Shown here in pieces: positions 1-8,000 of a stretch of 23,297 bases of DNA. The notes under the pieces were generated by a model that saw only the letters and a program-made list of their open reading frames with translations, did not search any database and had not been told where the DNA came from. The translations under genes and the position numbers were made by a program. The first letter of the stretch is position 1; each line of letters starts with the position of its first letter. Source of the DNA: a bacterium (GTDB taxonomy: Bacteria; Eisenbacteria; RBG-16-71-46); NCBI GenBank assembly GCA_043779265.1, contig JAYWEM010000079.1, positions 1 through 23,297 on the forward strand, written 5' to 3'.

Positions 1-1870
1 CGGTCACGACCTCGGCGTGATACGCGGCGGTCCCCGTGCCGTAGCGGACGATGCCGACGTCGAACGCGCGGAATCCCGTTCGATTGAAGTTGGCGATCAC
101 GTAGTCCGACTGGCCCTCGAGGAAGTACGACTGCGACAGCGCCGAGGTGAAGCCGTTCTCGGCTCCAGTGGAGACTTCATGCAGCCGCGGGTCGAAGTCA
201 CTGTCGTCACTCAGCGGCATGATCGCCAGAGCGCCCCAGTAGCCCTGTCCAGGATTGAAGGACGGGGTCCTCAGACCATCCGCATTCCACCACAGTGTTC
301 CGGACGTGCCGTGATCCCAGCCGCCATCCGGAGTAGGCGGTGCGCCGCGGGTGGTGGTGCCGCCGAACGCCAGCTGCGTCGGCTGCCACACCCACTGCTT
401 GCCGTAGGCGTTGTTGTTCTCCCAGATCTCCTCCTGATCGTTGTTGGGATCCTCGATCGTCGAGAGCAGGTGTCGCCCGCCTCGCACGGTCCACGCGGCG
501 TTCCAGTTGAACAGCCCGACCGAGCCCGGACCGTACGCGCCCCAGGCGAGCCACCAGCCGTACACGCCGTCCTCGTATGCCTGCTGGTAGAGCGAAGGTG
601 CCCCGGTCGGGCTCTGGTTGATGTTGCCGAAGTTGAAGTACGTCGAGGCGACGTCACCCAGCAGCGTGGTCGGCGCCGGAACCGAGGCCCCGGTGCCATC
701 GAACGCGGCGCGCGGCACGAACGGCGAATGCCAGCCGGCCGAGGTGTACGGGATGAAGTCCGGCGGCGTCCGGTGGATGCGCAGCGTGTAGTTGAGCGGC
801 GCGATCCCAGCCTCGAACTCGCGATAGACCATCAGGCCATGCCAGCCCACGGTCGGGATGTTGACGTCGATCCGGGCGAGACCGTTGGCATCCGTGACGG
901 CCGTGCCGGGAAGCGAACCCAGACTGCCCGTCGTGAAGCTCTGGTCGAGCCACCGCATCTTGAGCGGCGTGCCGGCCGGGAGCGGATCCGTGATCTGCAC
1001 GACGAAACTCACGGCACCGATCTCGGCTGCGCCGAGGTAGCACTCGTAGAGATCCATCGACTGACCGTTGCCGAGGTTGAATGCATTGGTGACGTTGAAG
1101 GCGACCCCGGTGCTCATCACATGCTCGAACGTGTAGTTGCCCGGATCGCCATCCCAGTTGAGCATCCCGACATCCCAGGTCGTGAAGCCGACCTGATTGC
1201 GGTTGACTAGCACAGCATCGAGCGCATTGACACGACTCGATGACTGCAGAGGCGCCGAGAACCCGTTCGTCGGGCCGGTCGAGACGTTGTGCAGCCGCAC
1301 GTCGATGTCATGCGTCGGGTCATCCGGTCGCACCGTGATGGCGTTCCACCAGCCGTTCGTCGTGAAGCGCAAGCCATCGACGTTGTAGTCGATGAGTGAG
1401 CCGTCGATGATCGAACTCCAGCCGGCGGTGCGGATGGGAGGCGCTGCCCGCGTCGTCAGCGGTGCGGCGGTGACATCGAGTGGTGACCACACCCATTGAC
1501 GAGCCCACCTGTTGTCGCCTTCGTTCGTCTCGGCGACCTCGTCGATCGCGTCATGCACGACCTCGAACGTGTGCCGACCACCGGTCACGTAGAGCGGGCC
1601 ACCATTGTTGTAGAAGTACCCACCCCCCGAGCCGACTGCGCCCCACGAGACCCACCAGTTCCACACGCCATCGACGTAGGCGCGTGCCTGGAAGCCGACA
1701 CCGGTGCTCTGCTCGCCGGAGTTCCAGCCACCCATATTCCAGTAGGTCGTGGCGGCGTTTCCCGTCAACGCCGTCGGAGCGGGCACGCTGCTGAACGTCG
1801 CATCGTTCAGTGACCTCGGAACCAACGGCGCGTGCCAGCCGGTGTAGAGATAGGTTGTCAGGTTCGCGGG
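1..1870 (-). repeat. Protein-level tandem duplication of a ~368-aa module (copy 1 ~1870-767; copy 2 ~766 to window edge)
   Basis: Matching blocks: GWHAPLVPR/GWHSPFVPR (1104 nt apart), SVPAPTALTGNAATTYWN/SVPAPTTLLGDVASTYFN, WARQWVWSP/YGKQWVWQP, DVRLHNVSTGPTNGFS/DPRLHEVSTGAENGFT. Confidence 0.9.
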
Positions 1871-3781
1871 CACCGGCAGTCGGACCGTGAAGGGTCCGAA
1901 CGTGGCATAGCTCGAACTCCAGCGTCCGGAGCGATCGCGCGCCCGGATGTTGAAGTAGTACGTGCCCGGCGCGAGAGTCCCGCTCGTGTAGCTGGTGACG
2001 TTGCTGATGTTGTCCACCGCGGCTGGCAACTGGGGCGATCCCGTGATCGAGATGCCGTAGGCCCAGACGCCTGATGCGTCATCCGAGGCGCGCGTCCAGA
2101 ACAGGTCGATGGTCGGGTCGGGTGAGTTGCCGCCCGCCGTGTGACTCGACGACCCGAGGCCAGTGACGACGCCGGGGTTGGCGACATCGAAGTTATAGCC
2201 GCAGTTGAAGGCCGTTTCCCAGAAGGCCTCCGTTTGCGCCGGGAAACGCGTCCGGAACTTGGTGAGGAAGTTGGCCGGCGTCGTCGGCCCATCGAGATCG
2301 GCCACCGTGAAGATTGTGGTCGCGGCCAGGTTCAGCCGATCGCGCCAGGGATCCGCCGGGAAGTGATCGTCACTCGGCACATCGACGATGTCGTGCAGCA
2401 GCGCCCCGAGGAAGTTCTCGGTTCGATAGGGGTCGGCCGTGGCGCCACAAGTCCCGAGCGCCTCGAGCATGTAGCGCCCGTCCAGGATGTTCGCACCCGC
2501 GTAGCCATAAACGGCCGGGAACGTGGACGGGATCCACTCTCCCATCCAGTTCGGGAACCCCTCCGACCACGCGTCGTGATCGGTCTCCTGACACCACACG
2601 CAATGCCCGCAGGTCGGCGTGTCGCAGATGCCGTTGCAGTAGTCGGGCGCGATCGCGATGCCGTAGTTGGCCACCCAGTGGTGGCCCTGTTCGTGGATGA
2701 TCGTGCCCTCGATCCACTGCTCGCCCGGGCTGAAGTGCACGGCGCCATTGTAGTAGGCGCCGCCGGTGCCCTCGGGCCAGAAACAGTCGATGCTGGTCAT
2801 GTCGTAGCCGTTCCAGACGTGCTGGCGCCAGCCCTTGGTCAGGGTGCTGAGCAGATGCAAACCGGGATGATCGCCCGGGGCGCCGGGCTCCAGCCAGCCG
2901 AGGTTGAGGTCCGTGCCGAGATAGTCGTTCGTGGTACCGGTCGCCCACGTGTAGGGCCCCGCGAGGAACGCGGTGCTCTTGACCACGTACTCGGTGTTCT
3001 CCGAGCGGAACTCGACGAAGATGTCGGGCTCGGCGTCACAGAAGACGGCGCACGGGTTCCAGAAGAACGTGACGTCGTACCAGCCCTGTGCGTCGGTCGA
3101 GACCTGCGCCAGCAGTTCGTTGCCGAACGGCGAGTCGTTGTCCCAGATGCGCACGGTGACGCCATCGGCACCGACCTGAAGGCCATCGTTGCGGCGATAG
3201 AGCCAGCGGCCCCGCACTCGGATGTTGCGGGCGTTGACCGCCTGCACGCTCGAGCGCGGCACGCCGCCCTCTCGCAGTCGGACCTGTTCATCGGTCGGTG
3301 CGGCCGGCGCGTCGGCCGGTGCGACGTTCTGGAGCTCGGCCCCCGCCGGTTTCGCCAGCGGGTCTTCGATCACCGAACTGGTGGACCCGGGAGTCCGGAC
3401 GCGATCGATCGCCTCTCGCGAGAGGTCGAACTGCTTCTGGTAGGTGACGCCACCCACGTCATAGGAGATCAGGAGCGGCTCGCCATCTCGAGATGGCCGC
3501 CAACTGAACGCGATGTCGGTGGACCCTCCCTTCTCGGCCTGCACGAGCAGGCCACCCACCGAGCGGACCTTGGCCGGATCGCCTTCGATCACCAGGTTGC
3601 TGAGCGGCATCGAGGCGCCGGTCTTGAAGCTCAGGGTGCCGGTGAAGTCCTCACCGGCGATCGAGGGACGTGCTTCCCCGAGGATGAACACGTCGACCGG
3701 CGGCCGGACATCGGCGCTGGCGAGTCGAGCGGCCGACAGGCCGAGCACGACGCCACAGAGGAGAGCGATGAGTTTGCGCAT
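1..3781 (-). CDS. Large secreted Zn-metallopeptidase (HExxH) with FN3-like and repeated CARDB-like modules; 3' end outside window (>1260 aa)
   Basis: ATG at 3781 after RBS GAGGAG. Hand translation gives signal peptide MRKLIALLCGVVLGLSAARLASA, IIHEQGHHW at ~2675-2700, downstream AWSEGF, FN3-like LAPGTYYFNIRARDRSGRWS and CARDB-like EVAETNEGDN. The frame appears open to the window edge; the long + strand ORFs at 17, 1496, 1832 and 2141 are in its antisense frame. Confidence 0.9.
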   Translation of the reverse strand, partial: MRKLIALLCGVVLGLSAARLASADVRPPVDVFILGEARPSIAGEDFTGTLSFKTGASMPLSNLVIEGDPAKVRSVGGLLVQAEKGGSTDIAFSWRPSRDGEPLLISYDVGGVTYQKQFDLSREAIDRVRTPGSTSSVIEDPLAKPAGAELQNVAPADAPAAPTDEQVRLREGGVPRSSVQAVNARNIRVRGRWLYRRNDGLQVGADGVTVRIWDNDSPFGNELLAQVSTDAQGWYDVTFFWNPCAVFCDAEPDIFVEFRSENTEYVVKSTAFLAGPYTWATGTTNDYLGTDLNLGWLEPGAPGDHPGLHLLSTLTKGWRQHVWNGYDMTSIDCFWPEGTGGAYYNGAVHFSPGEQWIEGTIIHEQGHHWVANYGIAIAPDYCNGICDTPTCGHCVWCQETDHDAWSEGFPNWMGEWIPSTFPAVYGYAGANILDGRYMLEALGTCGATADPYRTENFLGALLHDIVDVPSDDHFPADPWRDRLNLAATTIFTVADLDGPTTPANFLTKFRTRFPAQTEAFWETAFNCGYNFDVANPGVVTGLGSSSHTAGGNSPDPTIDLFWTRASDDASGVWAYGISITGSPQLPAAVDNISNVTSYTSGTLAPGTYYFNIRARDRSGRWSSSYATFGPFTVRLPVPANLTTYLYTGWHAPLVPRSLNDATFSSVPAPTALTGNAATTYWNMGGWNSGEQSTGVGFQARAYVDGVWNWWVSWGAVGSGGGYFYNNGGPLYVTGGRHTFEVVHDAIDEVAETNEGDNRWARQWVWSPLDVTAAPLTTRAAPPIRTAGWSSIIDGSLIDYNVDGLRFTTNGWWNAITVRPDDPTHDIDVRLHNVSTGPTNGFSAPLQSSSRVNALDAVLVNRNQVGFTTWDVGMLNWDGDPGNYTFEHVMSTGVAFNVTNAFNLGNGQSMDLYECYLGAAEIGAVSFVVQITDPLPAGTPLKMRWLDQSFTTGSLGSLPGTAVTDANGLARIDVNIPTVGWHGLMVYREFEAGIAPLNYTLRIHRTPPDFIPYTSAGWHSPFVPRAAFDGTGASVPAPTTLLGDVASTYFNFGNINQSPTGAPSLYQQAYEDGVYGWWLAWGAYGPGSVGLFNWNAAWTVRGGRHLLSTIEDPNNDQEEIWENNNAYGKQWVWQPTQLAFGGTTTRGAPPTPDGGWDHGTSGTLWWNADGLRTPSFNPGQGYWGALAIMPLSDDSDFDPRLHEVSTGAENGFTSALSQSYFLEGQSDYVIANFNRTGFRAFDVGIVRYGTGTAAYHAEVVT

Positions 3782-3791
3782 GGCGGTCTCC

Positions 3792-4337
3792 TCAGCGGCC
3801 GATGGCGGCGTTGGGGGCTGGGCGCTTCTCGGGCGCGAGCGTCACCTTCGGATGGATCCGCTCCTCGATCGACTCCTCGATCTGCTTGGCATCCGCGAGG
3901 CGGCCTTCCTTGGTCGCGTGGCGCGCCTGGATTCGCAGAACCTCGATCTCGGTGTCGAACTTGTGCTTCTGCATCTCCTGCTGGAGCGTGGCCGAGGCGG
4001 TGGCGTCGGACTTGTTGCTCGTCAGCTGCAGCTTCTTGGCGGCGAGCTCGAGATCGCGGCTCTCCATGTAGGCGAAGACCTCGGCCATCATCGGCGTCAA
4101 AGTGCGAGCCGGACGGCGCGTGACGATCGGCGCGGTCTGCGGCTGGCCCTTCTGCGCCTCGATCTCCTCGGCGTTCTCGGGGAGGTTCGGCAGGGCTTTC
4201 GCCGGAGGCGCCTTGCTGGCCGGGCCCGACGCTTCGGGAGCGACGCGCTCGGCAGCCGTTGCACCGGTCGCGAGGAGCAACAGTGAGAGCAGCGAGAGGA
4301 CGATGAAGCGGCGAGGGATCACGAGGTGGCGGCGCAT
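3792..4337 (-). CDS. Hypothetical secreted protein, helical/coiled-coil (181 aa)
   Basis: RBS GGAGG, hydrophobic signal peptide, Pro/Ala linker, charged helical core; its stop codon abuts the RBS of the peptidase gene. Confidence 0.8.
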   Translation of the reverse strand: MRRHLVIPRRFIVLSLLSLLLLATGATAAERVAPEASGPASKAPPAKALPNLPENAEEIEAQKGQPQTAPIVTRRPARTLTPMMAEVFAYMESRDLELAAKKLQLTSNKSDATASATLQQEMQKHKFDTEIEVLRIQARHATKEGRLADAKQIEESIEERIHPKVTLAPEKRPAPNAAIGR

Positions 4338-4864
4338 GAGGAGACCTCCGGGGTAGAGGGACTACGGGTTGAATGGGATTTGCTCGGAACAAGGGAGCGG
4401 CGTCGCAACCGCCGCTGATGAACGCGTGACACGCCGCCCGGCCGACTGTCACGCGCGGCGGCTTCGGGCGACAGATCGATCCACTTCTCGAAACGGCTGC
4501 CCGCGACGACCGAGCGGACGATGAGCGGTTGCGCCGGATCCGACGGCACGGCGCAGAACGCCAGTCGCAGAGGCGAATCGGGAGCGAGCACGTGAGGCTG
4601 CGGCGGCTTGAAGCGCGTGATGCGCCAGCCCTCGCCCGCCAACTGCAGCGAGTCGAGTCGGACGGATCGATGCGCGCGGACGACCAAGATCCCTCGGAAC
4701 GTGCGTCCTCGAACGGCGGGCCGAATGGGGCCCTCGAGCTGGAACTCGACCGCGGGGCGCACGTCGGCGTGTGCCGGGCCAGGGAGCGCCCAACTCATCA
4801 GCAGCAGCGCGAGGGTCGAACCTCGGCGCCCTGCTCGGGAGCTATCGCAGCGGCTGCAGGCCAT
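4319..4864 (-). CDS. Stand-alone or truncated paralog of the N-terminal domain of the downstream metallopeptidase
   Basis: Signal peptide followed by ADVRPAVEFQLEG...PLIV...EKWIDLSPEAAARDSRPG, collinear with ADVRPPVDVFILG...PLLI...QKQFDLSREAIDRVRTPG of the 3781 gene. The last ~35 residues look non-coding. Confidence 0.7.
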   Translation of the reverse strand: MACSRCDSSRAGRRGSTLALLLMSWALPGPAHADVRPAVEFQLEGPIRPAVRGRTFRGILVVRAHRSVRLDSLQLAGEGWRITRFKPPQPHVLAPDSPLRLAFCAVPSDPAQPLIVRSVVAGSRFEKWIDLSPEAAARDSRPGGVSRVHQRRLRRRSLVPSKSHSTRSPSTPEVSSCAATS

Positions 4865-5061
4865 GGACCGCTCGGGGGTCGGAGAGGACGGTCGAACTCA
4901 CGGAACCCCGGTGTGGGCTCGCGCGCATGGTGCTTCACGAATGTATGACGATTGAGTGGCGATTGCGTCACGAAATTCGATCAGCGAATGCAAGAATGCT
5001 CTGCACCGGAATCGTGAAAGAACATGAGATGAACGCCGCAACGCGAACCCGCCCAACACTT

Positions 5062-5664
5062 TCAATCGTCGTATTCGACGGTCTCGATGACCTGGCCGAG
5101 CCACGACAAGAGGGCGCCTCGCCCCTCTCCTTCGTGGCTCGAAAAACCGAGCAGCGGCTGCGATTCGGGAAGGGCGAGCTCGCGGGCGATCGCTTTCACT
5201 GCTGCGAGGCGCTTGGTCGGGGCGATCTTGTCGACCTTGGTGGCGACGAGGCAGAACGGCAGACCCTGGGTGCGCAGCCACTTCACCATCTCGCGGTCCT
5301 CGCGCGACGGATCATGACGTGAGTCGACCAGTTGGAGCATCGCCACCAGTTGCCGCCTCGACTGCAGGTACTCCTGCATCATGCGGCTCCACTCGTCTCG
5401 CAGTTTGCCGGGCGCTTTGGCGAACCCATAGCCCGGCAGATCGACGACATGGAACGCCTCGTTGACGAGGAAGTAATTGAGGCGCTGCGTCTTGCCGGGC
5501 GTGCGCGAGACCTTGACCATGCTCTTGCGGCCGAACAGCGAGTTCATGAGCGAGGACTTGCCCACATTCGATCGGCCGGAGACGGCGATCTCGGGCAGTT
5601 CGCCCTCGGGACACTCCGACGCTTTGCCTGCACTCATCACGAACTCAACGGACTCGATCTTCAC
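5062..5664 (-). CDS. engB: Ribosome biogenesis GTP-binding protein YihA/YsxC (EngB)
   Basis: G1 GRSNVGKSS, SRTPGKTQRLN, G3 DLPGYGFA and G4 TKVDK; 200 aa; GTG start overlaps the upstream stop. Confidence 0.96.
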   Translation of the reverse strand: MKIESVEFVMSAGKASECPEGELPEIAVSGRSNVGKSSLMNSLFGRKSMVKVSRTPGKTQRLNYFLVNEAFHVVDLPGYGFAKAPGKLRDEWSRMMQEYLQSRRQLVAMLQLVDSRHDPSREDREMVKWLRTQGLPFCLVATKVDKIAPTKRLAAVKAIARELALPESQPLLGFSSHEGEGRGALLSWLGQVIETVEYDD

Positions 5665-6020
5665 GTCGCTGGATCCTCCGGCGGCGCCAAGTCGGCCTTG
5701 ACCCGCTGCGGATCGCGGAGTCGGCCGAGCATGCTGTCGAGCAGCCGGACCATCTTGTCGGCGGCGCCGTTCGCTGCCTTGTCGATGTCCGCCGCCTGGT
5801 GCGTGACGGCGATGGGATCGCGGCCCGCGAGTCGCACCTCGAGCACGCAGCGCGAGTCATCGGGCCCGCGCTTCTTCGCGTTCTCGTCGCTCAGGTGGAT
5901 CTCGACACGCGTGATCTGATCGCCGAAGCGAAGCAGCGCGCCCTCCACCACGCCGTTGATCCGTTCCTCCATCCCCGCATTGCCGGGGATCGTGCGGTCG
6001 GTGTTGAGTTGGATCTTCAT
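5661..6020 (-). CDS. HPF/RaiA (sigma54-modulation/S30EA) family ribosome-associated protein
   Basis: MKIQLNTD...ITRVEIHLSDEN...DDSRCVLEVRLAGRDPIAV pattern; GGAGG RBS before ATG 6020; 119 aa. Confidence 0.88.
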   Translation of the reverse strand: MKIQLNTDRTIPGNAGMEERINGVVEGALLRFGDQITRVEIHLSDENAKKRGPDDSRCVLEVRLAGRDPIAVTHQAADIDKAANGAADKMVRLLDSMLGRLRDPQRVKADLAPPEDPAT

Positions 6021-6119
6021 GGGGAACCTCCCGGATGCCTGCTGTTGGGTGCACCCCCCGCATCCTGCGTGCGGGAGGTCGGGCCGCGACGGGCCCACTT
6101 CAGACTCGCTCAGGCTATC

Positions 6120-6806
6120 ATGGCGACCATGCCACCCCCTTCTGATGCGCCGCTTCTTCGTCATTCGCCCGCGCGCGTGCACGGCCGCTATCTGGTGCGG
6201 CCGCCCGCCTCACGCGAGGCGTCGTGTTGGTTGGTGGGCTTCCACGGTCAGGGCCAGACGGCCGAGGAGTTCATGGAATCGCTCGATCGCATCCCGCGCA
6301 ACGACGCTTGGCTGCTCGCATCGGTGCAGGGACTCAACCGCCACTACGCCAATCGCGGCCAGCAGATCGTGGCGACCTGGATGACCTCGCAGGACCGCGA
6401 CCTCGCGATCGCCGACAACGTCGCGTGGGTGGACTCGGTGCTCGATCGGCTCGAGGCCGAGTTCGGTACACCGCGTGCCATCGTGTTCACCGGATTCTCG
6501 CAGGGCGTCGCGATGGCGTATCGCGCGGCGCTCCTCGGACGGCGCGCGTGCGCGGCGATCGCGACGACCGGCGGCGACGTGCCGGCCGAGTTGTTGGCTC
6601 TGGAAGCTCGCGCATGGCCTCGTGTGCTGAGTGCGACCGGCGCAGCTGATGCGTGGTACACGCCCGCGAGGCTCGAGACCGACGTGCATGCGCTGCGTGC
6701 GAAGGGCGCCGACGTCAGGAGTCTCGTGTTCGAGGGCGCGCATGAGTGGTCGGATGCGTTCGCAGAGGCAGTGGGCGAGGAACTGCGTCGAATCGAGGGC
6801 GTGTAG
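6120..6806 (+). CDS. Alpha/beta hydrolase (phospholipase/carboxylesterase family)
   Basis: GFHGQG oxyanion motif, GFSQG nucleophile elbow, Asp in ADAWY and His in GAHEW. Start could be 6120 or 6129. Confidence 0.88.
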   Translation: MATMPPPSDAPLLRHSPARVHGRYLVRPPASREASCWLVGFHGQGQTAEEFMESLDRIPRNDAWLLASVQGLNRHYANRGQQIVATWMTSQDRDLAIADNVAWVDSVLDRLEAEFGTPRAIVFTGFSQGVAMAYRAALLGRRACAAIATTGGDVPAELLALEARAWPRVLSATGAADAWYTPARLETDVHALRAKGADVRSLVFEGAHEWSDAFAEAVGEELRRIEGV

Positions 6807-6993
6807 GCCGAGGCAGGGCGAGCCACGTGTGGCTCGATTGGCGCGTGGCGGTTGCCAGGGCACCCCGTTCAGGTGTCGGGTGATTGGCCCCAGCGGAAGT
6901 CAGGCAACCCGAGGGGATTCCGGCTCATCCCTGTGATGCCCCGGGATCGCGTCGTCCCACCATGGACGCAGTCCGACCCGGAGGAGCCCTTCC

Positions 6994-7734
6994 ATGTCCG
7001 CTCGACGCCATCTCGCCCTTGCACGGCTCCTGTTCCTCGTGACCGCTGCGCTGACCCTGGGCCCAGGGCCCGCTCGCGCCCAGTGGACCGAGTACGGTGC
7101 GCGCATCTACAGCGCCTCCGGACCCGTCGCGATCACGGATGTGAAGCGCTATTCGCAGGGCGGATTCGTCGCATTCAATCCGATGCCATTCAGCATGGAT
7201 ATCCAGCGCATGGACGCCGACGGGGTCGCGCGCTGGACCGAGTACCCGTCGAGTTCCGCGATCCCCTACGAGAGTGACATCTCGTACGGCTTCTTCGGCT
7301 CCACCTGGGCCACAGCAACGAATGGCGACATCCATGTCGGGTGGGATGACCTGCTGTTCGATGCCACCGCCTCGCAGTTCAAGATGACTCCGAAGTTGCA
7401 ACGGGTGGATTCTGGAAAACAGGCGCAGTGGGATCTCCGTGGCCTTCGCGTCTTCCCGACGCTGCATGCGAATGCGACGAACACCACCGCCTGCTCCGGC
7501 GGGAGCGCCGATGTGATCGTCGCGGCGATCGAGAACGACTCGGTGACGAATTACCCCTGGCGCCTGCGCATGCAGCGTGTCGGCCCCGATAGCGTCCGCG
7601 CCTGGGGATTCGCCGGACTCGCGCTGTCGCCCGCGGGGGCGCTGGTCTCCTCGCAGACCATCCGTCTCGAGCCGGATGGCGCAGGTGGGGCCTATCTCGT
7701 ATGGGCGGAGGACGGTTCGATCCCGGGCAACGTT
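6994..7734 (+). pseudogene. N-terminal part of an interrupted secreted beta-rich protein (frame reads on into the insert to a stop at 7854)
   Basis: RBS GGAGGAG, signal peptide ending ARA-QW, repeats such as MQRVGPDSVRAWG and EPDGAGGAYLVW; coding character is lost after ...SIPGNV. Confidence 0.7.
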
Positions 7735-7762
7735 GTGAGACGTCGTCAGTCTGGGTTACTAT
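7733..7762 (+). promoter_or_regulatory. Putative sigma70-like promoter at the left edge of the insert
   Basis: TTGTGA-N18-TACTAT, followed by SD AAGGAGGT at 7771-7778. Confidence 0.4.
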
Positions 7763-7784
7763 GCCGGTGGAAGGAGGTGCCGAC

Positions 7785-7979
7785 ATGGATCCACGCTCAC
7801 TACCCGAAGGCACCACCTGGTTCGACCTGGACGGCGACGACGTCGTGGCACTGACCCCCGACGGGAGGGCCTTCGCCTTCCCGCCCGTGCGCGAGGTGCC
7901 GGTCTCGACCGCCTTCAAGGGGCTGCCCGAGATCTCGCGCGAGGCCGCCCTGGCCAGACTGCCGTCCCAGGCGGACTGA
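7785..7979 (+). CDS. Small hypothetical protein (64 aa) inside the interrupted gene
   Basis: AAGGAGGT SD 6 nt before ATG; mostly GC-ending codons; MDPRSLPEGTTWFDLDGDDVVALTPDGRAFAFPP...RLPSQAD. Confidence 0.7.
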   Translation: MDPRSLPEGTTWFDLDGDDVVALTPDGRAFAFPPVREVPVSTAFKGLPEISREAALARLPSQAD

Positions 7980-8000
7980 TACAGCGTCCGCATTCAGGGA

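Noticed and set aside
17..4123. Long + strand ORFs (17-1210, 1496-1813, 2141-4123)
   Set aside because: Antisense shadows in the mirror frame of the minus-strand peptidase; Arg/Val-rich with no motifs.
6838..6856. Sigma54-like TTGGCGCG...TTGC
   Set aside because: The GG-to-GC spacing is 2 bp longer than the strict -24/-12 requirement.
7711..7727. T-loop-like GGTTCGATCCC next to the insert junction as a secondary att site
   Set aside because: Only 3 bp of stem, explained by codons for DGSIP, and not duplicated at the other junction.
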